Positions 10,228 to 20,230 are shown, counted from the stretch's first letter. The stretch: 32,000 bases of DNA from Aliivibrio fischeri ES114 (GCF_000011805.1 NC_006840.2), one strand, 5' to 3'. Notes: a model not told the origin generated them from the sequence alone. A program made the numbers and translations.

Positions 10228-12260
10228 TATTTTTCCTTTTTCTCATCATCAAATTGCTCAGAAAACGCTTGAATCTCGGCTGGATGATCTAATTCTTTAC
10301 CAAATTTAGGTAATACCGGAATGTTCGCATCATCCATCAGTTTTAAGCCTTTCTCTGCGTTGTATAACTGCTCTGCTCGAATGTAGTTATATTTACGCTG
10401 AGTAATACCATCCGCAGTCATACCGTTACGAATAATGGTTGGCTTAATGAATACCATTAGGTTCTTCTTCTCAACCCGAGTGCTGGTTGATTTGAACAGG
10501 TGACCTAATACAGGGATATCACCTAGGAATGGAACTTTTGATTCACTCTCAAGCGCTCTCTCATCAATCAAACCACCTAATACCAGCATTTGGCCATCTT
10601 GTACCATTACCGAAGTATTAAGTTGACGTTTTGCAAAACGCACATCCACAGCACCGTTAGCACCTAATACATTAGAAACTTCTTGTTCGATATCTAAACG
10701 AACAGAATCACCTTCGTTAATTTGTGGTACCACTTTTAGTTTGATACCCACTTCTTTACGATCAACGGTTTGGAATGGGTTTTCATTATTTGAACCCGAT
10801 GTTGAACCGGTTAATACAGGAACCTCTTCACCCACAATAAATGACGCTTCGCCATTATCCATCACCGTAATGCTTGGAGATGAAAGAATGTTAGAGTTAG
10901 AGTCGGTCGATACCGCGGTAACAAGAGCCTTCCAATCACCCATCATGATACTTACTGCTGCACCTTGAACGCCACCAAGAGCACCTGCTAGTGCATCATA
11001 GCTACCTTCTTTTGTCGTGGTTTCATTCCGTAAAAATTTACCATTTTCATCGTAAACCGCAGTTGCTGTCGTTTTGTCTTTCGCTTCTTCCAAACCAACC
11101 ATGGTGGCACCAATTGACGCCCCTGTATTGCTGTATTGGATCATGGTACCGGTTTCTAAGTTACCCCACTGCACACCTAAATTTACGCCATCACCTTCGG
11201 CTAATTCTACAATTAAGGCTTCAATCAAGACTTGAGCACGACGGATATCCAACTGAGCAATCACATCTTTCATTGCACGCATCACATCAGGCGGCGCTGT
11301 GATCACTAATGAGTTCGTATCAACGTGTGCAGAAATCATCACATCATTGCGATTTTGTGAACTGCTTTTTTGCTTAGTACCTTTACTTGCCGCTAGGTTA
11401 TCTGACACACCTTTTAGCACATCAACCAAATCTTCGGCTTTTGCATAACGTAAATAGATGACCTGATTATTCCCTTTGGTGGCCATCTCGACATCAAGCT
11501 GCTTAATGAGTTTCTTTAGACGATTACGTACTTTTGGATCACCCGAAATTAAAATCGAGTTAGTACGTTCATCTGCAACCAATTTAGGCTGTAAGAATGC
11601 AGGGGTATTCTTCGCATCTGTGGTTTTATTTAGAGCATCAACAATACGCACCATTTCAGCCGCTGATGCGTTATTCAACTCCACCACTTCCACTTCTTTA
11701 TCGCCAGCACGGTCAACACGCTCGATAATTTCAGCTAAACGGTTAACCACCGCTGCACGACCTGTGATCATAATAATATTTGCAGGGTCATAGTGAACGA
11801 CGTTACCTGCACCGGCATTATCATTAAGTTGGCGAAGCAAAGGAGAAAGCTCACGAACAGACACGTTACGAACAGCGATAACACGAGTAATCACTGCATC
11901 GCCTTTTACTTGATCTTTTGCACCAAGAACAGGAACCGCCGATGTTTTCGCGTCTTTGTCTTTAATGACTTTTAAAATACCAGAGTCCATCTCAACCACA
12001 GCGTACCCATATACTTCAAGTACGCTAAGGAAGAATTGATAATATTGCTCTTCATTTAATAAATCGTAACTACGAACGTCGACTTTCCCACGAACAGACG
12101 GATCAACGATGATGGTCTTTTCTAAGTTACGACCAACAATATTGATAAACTCTTGAATGTCTGTCCCTTTAAAACTGGCACTAAAGTCATTTGCAATTGC
12201 TGATGTCCACATCATGCTACTTGCAAGTAATAAGGCTCCCTTGCCCATCCACTTTTTCAC
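10227..12260 (-). CDS. epsD: Type II secretion outer-membrane secretin D (GspD/EpsD)
   Basis: A signal peptide is followed by [35 protein letters not shown] (the N0 domain). The C-terminal secretin domain reads ..[32 protein letters not shown]. The start codon at 12260 is GTG, with AAGGG 6 nt upstream. Confidence 0.97.
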   Translation of the reverse strand: MKKWMGKGALLLASSMMWTSAIANDFSASFKGTDIQEFINIVGRNLEKTIIVDPSVRGKVDVRSYDLLNEEQYYQFFLSVLEVYGYAVVEMDSGILKVIKDKDAKTSAVPVLGAKDQVKGDAVITRVIAVRNVSVRELSPLLRQLNDNAGAGNVVHYDPANIIMITGRAAVVNRLAEIIERVDRAGDKEVEVVELNNASAAEMVRIVDALNKTTDAKNTPAFLQPKLVADERTNSILISGDPKVRNRLKKLIKQLDVEMATKGNNQVIYLRYAKAEDLVDVLKGVSDNLAASKGTKQKSSSQNRNDVMISAHVDTNSLVITAPPDVMRAMKDVIAQLDIRRAQVLIEALIVELAEGDGVNLGVQWGNLETGTMIQYSNTGASIGATMVGLEEAKDKTTATAVYDENGKFLRNETTTKEGSYDALAGALGGVQGAAVSIMMGDWKALVTAVSTDSNSNILSSPSITVMDNGEASFIVGEEVPVLTGSTSGSNNENPFQTVDRKEVGIKLKVVPQINEGDSVRLDIEQEVSNVLGANGAVDVRFAKRQLNTSVMVQDGQMLVLGGLIDERALESESKVPFLGDIPVLGHLFKSTSTRVEKKNLMVFIKPTIIRNGMTADGITQRKYNYIRAEQLYNAEKGLKLMDDANIPVLPKFGKELDHPAEIQAFSEQFDDEKKEK

Positions 12261-12292
12261 AATACACCCTTATTCAGTCTCATCTTCTCAAG

Positions 12293-13201
12293 CTACAAGC
12301 CAACAAAGATGTCATATAATTGCCCATTACGCAGGACAGTTAAGTTTAATTCCGTCATTTCTGACATATTTTTCCACAATGAGCTCATTGCAGCAGGATC
12401 GGTTAAGTCAACCCCATTTAAACTGGTTGCGATATCACCCGGTTTTAAACCAACCGAATCAAATAGCTTACGGTCTTTACCTGGATTAACTCGATACCCT
12501 TTAATTTTTCCATTTTCGTTCACCTGAGAAAGGCGAATGTATTTCAAAACAGATTGCGGATTTTGCGCCATTTCTTTACGGATTTTATCCAACTCATCTT
12601 GATTTGAGTTTTGACGATTATTTCCTAATACAGTTCCAGAACTGCCCGTTATATTTCTTTCAGTAGAAATCTTAGTATATTCAACACCCTCAAGCATCAG
12701 CGTTTCATCTCGACCATTGTTAGAAATAATGATGCGATCTGCGCTTATCGCTTTAACACTTGCACGAGTACCATCAATGGTTTCATTAATCCCATACGTA
12801 TTTTGCTTACCACGATTGGCTATCACAGCAAGACTTAGTGAAGGCTCAGAACTAGCAACCACCCCTGATAACGTTAAATTCAAACGCGTTTTAGGCGCAT
12901 CTTTCACTTCAACCGCTTTTGGTTGATCTATTTTTTGTTCAGCATTAAAGCGACCAAATACTTGACTATTTAACAGTTCAGAAAGTGAATCTTTCCCCTG
13001 TTTACCTTGAGATACCGCAACGGCTACCGTTTTAGGCGTCCATTTAGATACCGACGTTTGTGGAGCTAACATAGACCAAAAAAGAGAGCCACAAATCCAC
13101 GCAAACCAAGCAACGAGAATTACCGTCAAACTCTTTGCTATTGTTGATTGATATATCGACCAATATTGAGAAATCTTCTCTATTTTCATATTAGTTATCA
13201 T
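12293..13201 (-). CDS. epsC: Type II secretion protein C (GspC/EpsC), PDZ-domain inner-membrane component
   Basis: This is the first gene of the cluster. It has an N-terminal transmembrane segment (LTVILVAWFAWICGSLFW). The C-terminal PDZ-like region reads GYRVNPGKDRKLFDSVGLKPGDIATSLNGVDLTDP. AGGA lies 5 nt before the ATG at 13201. Confidence 0.9.
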   Translation of the reverse strand: MITNMKIEKISQYWSIYQSTIAKSLTVILVAWFAWICGSLFWSMLAPQTSVSKWTPKTVAVAVSQGKQGKDSLSELLNSQVFGRFNAEQKIDQPKAVEVKDAPKTRLNLTLSGVVASSEPSLSLAVIANRGKQNTYGINETIDGTRASVKAISADRIIISNNGRDETLMLEGVEYTKISTERNITGSSGTVLGNNRQNSNQDELDKIRKEMAQNPQSVLKYIRLSQVNENGKIKGYRVNPGKDRKLFDSVGLKPGDIATSLNGVDLTDPAAMSSLWKNMSEMTELNLTVLRNGQLYDIFVGL

Positions 13202-13421
13202 TTGGATCCTACGTTTCCTTTCCCATCGTCATAAAATGATTAAATGACTGATTTTATATTTATTATAAGAGAACAGCACAGCTTTGCTGCTATTGACGGT
13301 ATTTTCTTAAATTACTCGCAGACATATCACGAAATTACATAAATAAAGCACCGTATTAGAGCATTATTTCTCATTAATGACTCTAATTAGATACGATTTT
13401 TGATTAATTCCCCTCAAAAGA

Positions 13422-13449
13422 TTGAAAAAAATATTCCAGGCACCATTTA
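13422..13449 (+). promoter_or_regulatory. Candidate sigma32 (RpoH) heat-shock promoter of hslR-hslO
   Basis: TTGAAA (13422-13427) is followed by a 13-nt spacer and then CACCATTTA (13441-13449). The remembered E. coli sigma32 consensus is TTGAAA-N13-14-CCCCATNTA, so only one mismatch falls in the -10 block. The site ends 32 nt upstream of the hslR ATG. Confidence 0.5.
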
Positions 13450-13480
13450 AGAAGCAGAGATATGACATTAGGTAGACATC

Positions 13481-13882
13481 ATGAGTTCAAAATCAAACAC
13501 CACTGAGGGTGTAAGACTCGATAAATGGCTCTGGGCAGCTCGTTTTTATAAAACACGCTCAATTGCTCGCAACATGGTTGATGGAGGTAAAGTTCAATAT
13601 AATGGACAACGCTCAAAACCAAGTAAGATTGTGGAAGTAGGCGCCGAAATAAAGCTGCGCCAAGGAAACAATGAAGAGATCACTGTGATCATCGAGATCG
13701 TTTCCGATCAACGCCGCGGAGCCCCTATTGCACAAACTCTTTACAAAGAAACACAAGACAGTATTAAGCACCGTGAAGAAAATGCGCAATTACGCAAACT
13801 CAATTCACTTGGTAGCCCACGACCAGATAAGCGTCCAGATAAAAAACAACGACGCGATATCATGAAGTTTAAGCACCAATAA
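13481..13882 (+). CDS. hslR: Ribosome-associated heat shock protein Hsp15 (HslR), S4-domain RNA-binding protein
   Basis: It has the S4-like N-terminal domain RLDKWLWAARFYKTRSIARNMVDGGKVQYNGQRSKPSK and a basic C-terminal tail. It is paired with hslO as in E. coli. Confidence 0.93.
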   Translation: MSSKSNTTEGVRLDKWLWAARFYKTRSIARNMVDGGKVQYNGQRSKPSKIVEVGAEIKLRQGNNEEITVIIEIVSDQRRGAPIAQTLYKETQDSIKHREENAQLRKLNSLGSPRPDKRPDKKQRRDIMKFKHQ

Positions 13883-13974
13883 ATACGCTTTTCTGTCTCA
13901 TACCTTATTTATACTGGTTGTCTCCGCTATACTATGAGTAACGACAACCCTTAATACAATTGCTGGAGTATTTC

Positions 13975-14850
13975 ATGGCAAATAACACATTGCATCGTTA
14001 CCTATTTGAAGATTTATCTGTTCGTGGTGAATTAGTTCAACTAGATGATGCTTACCAACAAATCATTTCTAGCAAGGAATACCCAAAACCAGTTCAAAAT
14101 CTATTGGGTGAGCTATTAGTTGCAACCACACTATTAACTGCAACATTGAAATTTGAAGGTTCTATTACCCTTCAACTTCAAGGTGACGGCCCAGTTTCTC
14201 TTGCAGTAATTAACGGCGATAACAACCAAAAAGTACGTGGTGTTGCTCGTTTTGAAGGTGATATTGCTGAAGATGCAACGTTGCACCAACTAATGGGTCG
14301 CGGCTACCTAGTTATCACTATCACACCAAAAGATGGTGAGCGTTACCAAGGTGTTGTTGCTCTTGAAGGTGAAAATCTAGCACAATGTTTTGAAGGTTAC
14401 TTCGAGCGTTCTGAGCAACTAAAAACTCGTCTATGGTTACGTCTAGGTGAATATGAAGGTAAACCTCACGCAGCAGGTATGTTACTGCAAGTAATGCCTG
14501 ATGGTACTGGTTCTGAAAATGACTTTGAACATTTAGAACAACTAACAGACACCATTAAAAATGAAGAGCTGTTTGGTTTACCAGCTGAAGACGTACTTTA
14601 CCGTCTATATAACCAAGATAAAGTGCAACTGTTTGAACCTCAAGACGTTGAGTTCTTCTGTGGTTGTTCACGTGAACGCAGCGGTGGTGCAATCGTAACG
14701 ATTGATCGTGCTGAAGTTGATGACATCATTAAAACAGAAGGGAAAATTTCTCTTCACTGTGACTACTGTGGCACAAGCTACGATTTCGACAGTATTGATG
14801 TTGCAAACCTATTTGAACAAGCAACAAGCGGCAACGATACAGTACATTAA
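13975..14850 (+). CDS. hslO: Redox-regulated chaperone Hsp33 (HslO)
   Basis: The N-terminus is [23 protein letters not shown]. The C-terminal zinc/redox switch is CGCS(..)CDYCG. The track start at 13960 is a TTG. The ATG at 13975 has GGAG about 7 nt upstream, so I use it. Confidence 0.95.
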   Translation: MANNTLHRYLFEDLSVRGELVQLDDAYQQIISSKEYPKPVQNLLGELLVATTLLTATLKFEGSITLQLQGDGPVSLAVINGDNNQKVRGVARFEGDIAEDATLHQLMGRGYLVITITPKDGERYQGVVALEGENLAQCFEGYFERSEQLKTRLWLRLGEYEGKPHAAGMLLQVMPDGTGSENDFEHLEQLTDTIKNEELFGLPAEDVLYRLYNQDKVQLFEPQDVEFFCGCSRERSGGAIVTIDRAEVDDIIKTEGKISLHCDYCGTSYDFDSIDVANLFEQATSGNDTVH

Positions 14851-14884
14851 TTTACTGCATAGAATAAGTTGCAAAACTGTTACA

Positions 14885-14912
14885 AAAGCCAGCCATTAGG
14901 TTGGCTTTTTTT
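14885..14912 (+). terminator. Rho-independent terminator after hslO
   Basis: The stem AAAGCCAGCC / GGTTGGCTTT (one G-T pair) closes an ATTA loop and is followed by a T-run. Confidence 0.75.
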
Positions 14913-15186
14913 ATAACTAAATTTGATATAAACCACACTTTTAATTCCACTTATCCACACTTAATTTTGATTAAATAATAATCAATTACATCTAGCGCAA
15001 TCGATTTTATTAAGAGTAGAATAGAGCTATTGCTATTTTGTGATGGCGATAAAATAACCACTACCACTTTATGGTTATTTTATGATTCATCTCCCTGTTT
15101 TCAATTTACCGCGTTGTTAGCATGATTAGCAGAATACAAATAATTAGAAATATTAAAATCCCTACAAAATCCTCTAAGGAGCACCT

Positions 15187-16809
15187 ATGACTGTTATGGA
15201 ACACAAGAAGGCTGCACTACTCGATCTAACTCAATATGGTCTTACTGGGGTTACAGACGTACTACGTAATCCAAGCTATGAGCAACTATTTGAAGAAGAG
15301 ACACGTCCAGATCTTGAAGGTTATGAACGTGGTGTAATGACAGAGCTTGGCTCAGTTGCGGTAGATACTGGTATATTTACTGGTCGTTCACCAAAAGATA
15401 AATACATCGTAAAAGATGACACTACCAAAGATACTCTATGGTGGTCAGATCAAGGAAAGAACGACAACAAAGCCATCACGCCAGCAGTTTGGGATGATCT
15501 AAAGTCGCTAGTTACAACACAACTATCGGGTAAACGCTTATTTGTTATTGATGGTTTCTGTGGCGCCAATCCAGATACTCGTTTAAACGTTCGCATCATT
15601 ACAGAAGTAGCATGGCAAGCACACTTTGTGAAAAACATGTTCATTCGTCCAACAGAAGCAGAACTTGAAAACTTCGAGCCTGATTTCGTAGTAATGAATG
15701 GTGCAAAAGTCACTAACCCTAATTATGAAAAGCACGGATTAAACTCTGAAAACTTCGTGGCTTTCAACTTAACAGAACGCGTTCAAATCATCGGTGGTAC
15801 TTGGTACGGCGGTGAAATGAAAAAAGGTATGTTCGCAATGATGAACTACCTACTTCCACTTAAAGGTATTGCTTCAATGCACTGTTCGGCTAACGTCGGT
15901 GAAAAAGGTGATGTTGCGGTATTCTTTGGTTTATCAGGAACAGGAAAAACCACGCTTTCAACCGATCCTAAACGCCAACTAATTGGTGATGATGAACACG
16001 GTTGGGATGACGATGGCATCTTCAACTTTGAAGGCGGTTGCTACGCTAAAACCATCCGCCTTTCAAAAGAAGCTGAGCCTGATATCTATAATGCAATCCG
16101 CCGTGATGCATTATTAGAAAACGTCACAGTACGTAGCGACAGCTCTATTGATTTTAATGATGGCTCTAAAACAGAAAACACTCGTGTTTCTTACCCTATC
16201 TATCATATCGATAACATCGTTAAACCAGTTTCAAAAGCTGGCCACGCTAAAAAAGTCATCTTCTTAACAGCGGATGCGTTTGGTGTTCTACCGCCGGTAG
16301 CGAAACTCACACCAGAACAAACTAAGTATCACTTCCTATCAGGTTTTACCGCAAAACTTGCAGGTACTGAACGTGGTATTACAGAACCAACACCAACCTT
16401 CTCTGCTGCATTTGGTGCTGCGTTCTTAACGCTTCATCCAACACAATACGCAGAAGTACTGGTTAAACGTATGGAAGCGGCAGGCGCTGAAGCTTACATC
16501 GTAAACACGGGTTGGAATGGCACAGGAAAACGTATTTCAATTCAAGATACACGTGGCATTATTGATGCGATTTTAGATGGTTCAATTGACCAAGCTAAAA
16601 CCAAAAATATCCCTGTATTTAACTTAGAAGTACCGACATCACTACCTGGTGTTGATGCCTCTATTCTTGACCCTCGTGACACGTATACTGACCCACTACA
16701 ATGGGACAGCAAAGCGGAAGATTTAGCGCAACGCTTTATCAAAAACTTCGCTCAATACACAGATAACGAGGAAGGAAAAGCGTTAGTTAAAGCGGGTCCT
16801 CAGCTATAA
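15187..16809 (+). CDS. pckA: Phosphoenolpyruvate carboxykinase (ATP)
   Basis: It resembles PckA over its full length. The kinase-1a P-loop is [11 protein letters not shown] and the [10 protein letters not shown] motif is present. TAAGGAG lies 5 nt before the ATG. Confidence 0.98.
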   Translation: MTVMEHKKAALLDLTQYGLTGVTDVLRNPSYEQLFEEETRPDLEGYERGVMTELGSVAVDTGIFTGRSPKDKYIVKDDTTKDTLWWSDQGKNDNKAITPAVWDDLKSLVTTQLSGKRLFVIDGFCGANPDTRLNVRIITEVAWQAHFVKNMFIRPTEAELENFEPDFVVMNGAKVTNPNYEKHGLNSENFVAFNLTERVQIIGGTWYGGEMKKGMFAMMNYLLPLKGIASMHCSANVGEKGDVAVFFGLSGTGKTTLSTDPKRQLIGDDEHGWDDDGIFNFEGGCYAKTIRLSKEAEPDIYNAIRRDALLENVTVRSDSSIDFNDGSKTENTRVSYPIYHIDNIVKPVSKAGHAKKVIFLTADAFGVLPPVAKLTPEQTKYHFLSGFTAKLAGTERGITEPTPTFSAAFGAAFLTLHPTQYAEVLVKRMEAAGAEAYIVNTGWNGTGKRISIQDTRGIIDAILDGSIDQAKTKNIPVFNLEVPTSLPGVDASILDPRDTYTDPLQWDSKAEDLAQRFIKNFAQYTDNEEGKALVKAGPQL

Positions 16810-16845
16810 CCTACGCCTGATTACTCATAAAAACCAAGCCCTTCT

Positions 16846-16878
16846 CTCCTTATGAGAAGGGCTTTTTTATACCCTTAG
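16846..16878 (+). terminator. Rho-independent terminator after pckA
   Basis: The stem AAGCCCTTCTC / GAGAAGGGCTT is followed by TTTTT. Confidence 0.85.
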
Positions 16879-16991
16879 CTCAAGAACGCAATAAAGACAG
16901 GAGATCATAAGGATTATTGAACACGATCACTTGATTGAAAGGCGTTTTTACTCCACTCTTTCTATTCATCTTTCTTTTATTGGAGTTAACA

Positions 16992-18950
16992 ATGTACACC
17001 ACACTGAAAAGCCTAGGCTGGCTTATCACTTTCTGTTTGCTGCTTGTGGTCGCATTCTTAGCCTTATTACATACTCCTTATGCACAACCCGTGCTTAATC
17101 CTTTAGTTCAAAAACTCTCGCATCAGAAGATTTCTTTTGGAGAACTGAATTATTCCATTCAATCACCCCTGCATTTAACTCTGTCAGATGTGAGTATTGA
17201 ATCAGAAAAAAACATCAATATTCAGCAAGTTGATTTTTGGTTATCTCAGCACCCTATTCAAAATAATAAATTGGCATTTGATAGTGTAAAAATCGACGGT
17301 ATTAGCTTACAAACAGGATTACCTAACACTCAACAATTGGATTGGCTTTCAATTGCACAACTGAGTATTTCCAATTTAGATTTTGCTGACGATGGATTGG
17401 TTATCCGTGAAGCACAAGTTCAACTCAGTAACTGGTCAATTGATAAAACCAAAACGCTACCTTTTGAAGGTGAATTCCAGTTTTCAACACAACAGTTATA
17501 TTGGCAGTCCGAAGCTCTAGATGATGTACTCATTGATGGTTACTACTCACAAGATTACACCGCACTAGATGGCATATCACTCACTTGGCGTGGGAGTACC
17601 ATTACTGCGCAAGCTGAATTAAAAGAAAATAAATTATGGGTTATCCCACAATTTACGCTACGTCGATTTAATTTAGAGTCAGATAATGCTGACATCATTG
17701 GGAAGCCGTTACAGTGGCTATCAGAACAACACTTTACGTATCAATTCAAGCGTATCGATTTATTAAATATCAATTTAGAATTGCCTCAGATAGTAACAAA
17801 CGATCTCAGTCTATCGGCTGAAAATATTTTACTTCCTTACGATCTCTGGGAACAAACTAACGCCAATATTTCCCTTAATGCTGACAGCATAGTGTGGAAT
17901 GAAACCATGATTGAAAAACCGATCATGGATGTCACTTTAAATAAAAAAGAAGCCAATATTGAAAACCTGTCTTTTGATATTTTTAATGGCAACATTCAGC
18001 TTTCAGGTGACTTATCACCTCATAAAATCAACCTAAAATCGTTAACGATTAGTCAGATAAGATGGCTAATTGATAACAAAGATACAGACTCAATCGTTCA
18101 ATATATCAAGCAACTTGAGCAAGTTAAGATCGATAACGTCGACATCAACAATGTGCAAGTAATACAGCCTGAGGGGAAATACCCATACCAAGTTTCAGGA
18201 TTAAACGCCGAAGGTCATGATCTTGATTTATTAAAATATTATCAATGGGGATTATGGGATGGAAAACTATCTTTAAGCGCTTCAAACGCCAGTTTTAATT
18301 ATTTATTAACGCAACAGATGTTGATTGAGATGAATACTGAAAATGGACTTTGGACTGTTGAACGAGCGCTTTTCCCATTAGCTGAAGGGCTATTTGGCTT
18401 TAGCGGCAGCCTAAATTTAACCCAAGATAGTCAGCCTTGGCAGGTAGAAGCGTACGGTGACGGTTTACCAATTAGCTATCTAACCAGTTTATTCCCTCAT
18501 ACTGTTCCACTGGATGGTATGGCTGAATTTACTTTTAATGGCAGTGGCCTTGCTGCTAATCGTGACAGCTTTAACTACAGTTTTAATGGTGATTTAAATA
18601 TCATTCCAAGAGAGATGGTAACCACTCAAACAGCGAAAGAATTATGGCAATATAAATTAGGTTTGGTTCCTGATACAGAGCAACCCGATAATGCAGTAAA
18701 AGAACCTAAAACAAAGCAGGCATCTTATCCGATTCATGTTGAGCCAATTCATATTTCAGCCAACCGTGGACGTATTACAATCAAACCGATCACTATTACT
18801 GGTGATGGCTTTAGTTATAACATTGAAGGGGATTACGACTTGGTTAATCCAGAGAAAGCTGAAACGATTACATCAATAACACAAGAGTGTCACCAACTGG
18901 TTCAGAAGCTCTTTTCAGATACTGTGCAAATGATTAATTACTGTCAGTAA
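16992..18950 (+). CDS. AsmA-family (AsmA/YhjG-like) envelope protein with N-terminal membrane anchor
   Basis: The N-terminal anchor is MYTTLKSLGWLITFCLLLVVAFLALL. It is followed by about 620 aa of beta-rich, repeat-like periplasmic sequence with an AsmA-like C-terminal region (..GKLSLSASNASFNYLL..GLFGFSGSLNLTQDSQPWQVEAYGDGLPISYL..). The family call comes from my recognition only. The track start at 16935 is a TTG. The ATG at 16992 has GGAG 6 nt upstream, so I use it. Confidence 0.55.
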   Translation: MYTTLKSLGWLITFCLLLVVAFLALLHTPYAQPVLNPLVQKLSHQKISFGELNYSIQSPLHLTLSDVSIESEKNINIQQVDFWLSQHPIQNNKLAFDSVKIDGISLQTGLPNTQQLDWLSIAQLSISNLDFADDGLVIREAQVQLSNWSIDKTKTLPFEGEFQFSTQQLYWQSEALDDVLIDGYYSQDYTALDGISLTWRGSTITAQAELKENKLWVIPQFTLRRFNLESDNADIIGKPLQWLSEQHFTYQFKRIDLLNINLELPQIVTNDLSLSAENILLPYDLWEQTNANISLNADSIVWNETMIEKPIMDVTLNKKEANIENLSFDIFNGNIQLSGDLSPHKINLKSLTISQIRWLIDNKDTDSIVQYIKQLEQVKIDNVDINNVQVIQPEGKYPYQVSGLNAEGHDLDLLKYYQWGLWDGKLSLSASNASFNYLLTQQMLIEMNTENGLWTVERALFPLAEGLFGFSGSLNLTQDSQPWQVEAYGDGLPISYLTSLFPHTVPLDGMAEFTFNGSGLAANRDSFNYSFNGDLNIIPREMVTTQTAKELWQYKLGLVPDTEQPDNAVKEPKTKQASYPIHVEPIHISANRGRITIKPITITGDGFSYNIEGDYDLVNPEKAETITSITQECHQLVQKLFSDTVQMINYCQ

Positions 18951-18953
18951 ATC

Positions 18954-18990
18954 AAAAAAACGCCCCATAAATCATTTATGGGGCGTTTTT
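18954..18990. terminator. Bidirectional Rho-independent terminator between the convergent asmA-like and EAL-HDOD genes
   Basis: This is a near-perfect palindrome, AAAAACGCCCCATAAAT-C-ATTTATGGGGCGTTTTT. It has an A-run on one side and a T-run on the other. Confidence 0.85.
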
Positions 18991-19012
18991 ATTTAAACAT
19001 AAGAATGAAAGA

Positions 19013-20230
19013 CTATTTAGACAAAATACTCTGATACCACTTAACCGCTTCTTGGTAGGTAGATTCAACGGTTTTTGCAGAGAACCCAAGTTGTCGACTC
19101 AACTTATCAATATTTTCCCAATTACCAGTATCGATGTTTTCATACAACTCCAGCATTGAACCTAATAATCCCTCACGGATTAAAATGGCTTTCTCAATGT
19201 CTTGACTCAAAGATAGCTGTACTAATACATCATCTAATTTCTTATCCAATAACGCATCAAGTAAAGAGAACAATCCAACAATAAACGCTTGTTGCCCTGG
19301 CGTTCCATTTTGACAACGATAAATCATCAATTCACAGAATCTGCCTTTCACCAATGATTGCTTATACAGCTCTTTGGGTTTATTTATCGCCGCGTGTGCT
19401 GTCGCAATCAGAGTAACGAACATTTTTATCTGCTCTTCCCCTAAATACACTAACGCTTGCTTAAACGATGAAATTGGATTTTCTAATCGAACAGCTGCCG
19501 TATTTACAAACTTCAACAACTGGTACGACAGAGACACATCTTGAGAAATCAATTGTTCAATTCGAGTGAAATCGACCTCTTCACGACACACTTCTTGAAA
19601 AAGTTGTACCGTTAACAGCTCTTCAGGTTTTACGACTCGATTTTTAATGATTTCAGGCTTACTAAAGAAATACCCTTGGAAGAAATGAAAACCGACATCT
19701 AAAGCTTGTTGGAACTCTTCATTCGTTTCTACTCGTTCAGCTAAATAATGGCGCTTACAACCTTGACGTTTACGCTGCTTAACATAAGCACACGCTCTCT
19801 CAAGACCCAGCTGCATAATATCTAACTTAACGATATGAGAATAAGGAAGGAATCGATCCCACTCAGGGTCTAAACTAAAATCATCAAGCGCAATCACATA
19901 CCCCATTCGATGCAAATGTTTAATCGCACTAAATAGCTCATCGTTTGGGGTGCAGGTTTCAAGAACCTCAATGACAATCTTCTTTTTAGGGAACGCCGTT
20001 GGTACGAGTGAAATTAATGACTCTTGTGGGAAATTAATAAAACTACGAGGAGACTCTAAAGCGGGGTTGTTTCCCGTTGCCATAAAGTTTTCAACCAACA
20101 ATCGACACGTTGCTTGATTGGCTTCCATATCAGGAAACGCATTGCTTGCACCGTCGCGAAAAAGCAGTTCATATCCTATTGTCTGTTTTTTTCGATTAAG
20201 TATCGGTTGTCTGGCAACGTATGCATACAT
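19013..20230 (-). CDS. EAL-domain plus HDOD-domain signalling protein (probable c-di-GMP phosphodiesterase, COG3434-type)
   Basis: The N-terminal EAL domain retains the expected residues: QPILNRKKQTIGYELLFRDG (ELL variant of EAL), FINFP, VIEVLE, ALDDFS, KLD, AERVE and FFQGYFFSKP. The C-terminal HDOD-like region reads SYQLLKFVNTAAVRL..PISSFKQALVYLGEEQIK. Confidence 0.8.
   Translation of the reverse strand: MYAYVARQPILNRKKQTIGYELLFRDGASNAFPDMEANQATCRLLVENFMATGNNPALESPRSFINFPQESLISLVPTAFPKKKIVIEVLETCTPNDELFSAIKHLHRMGYVIALDDFSLDPEWDRFLPYSHIVKLDIMQLGLERACAYVKQRKRQGCKRHYLAERVETNEEFQQALDVGFHFFQGYFFSKPEIIKNRVVKPEELLTVQLFQEVCREEVDFTRIEQLISQDVSLSYQLLKFVNTAAVRLENPISSFKQALVYLGEEQIKMFVTLIATAHAAINKPKELYKQSLVKGRFCELMIYRCQNGTPGQQAFIVGLFSLLDALLDKKLDDVLVQLSLSQDIEKAILIREGLLGSMLELYENIDTGNWENIDKLSRQLGFSAKTVESTYQEAVKWYQSILSK

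Noticed and set aside
10741-12527. A series of plus-strand ORFs of 60-110 aa inside epsD and epsC
   Set aside because: All are antisense to confident secretin and GspC coding sequence, and none has a recognisable motif.
455-13201. The T2SS cluster as a candidate novel secretion system
   Set aside because: All 12 genes are canonical GspC-N/EpsC-N in the standard order and with standard motifs. This is a well-described system.
15082-15120. 12-codon mini-ORF (MIHLPVFNLPRC) upstream of pckA as a possible leader peptide
   Set aside because: It has no Shine-Dalgarno sequence and no regulatory codon run. pckA is not known to use attenuation.
18990-19012. ATTTAAACATAA resembling the end of a dif site (ATTTAACATAA..) near the terminator
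   Set aside because: The similarity stops after about 11 nt, and the GTGCGCA arm is absent, so this is not a dif site.
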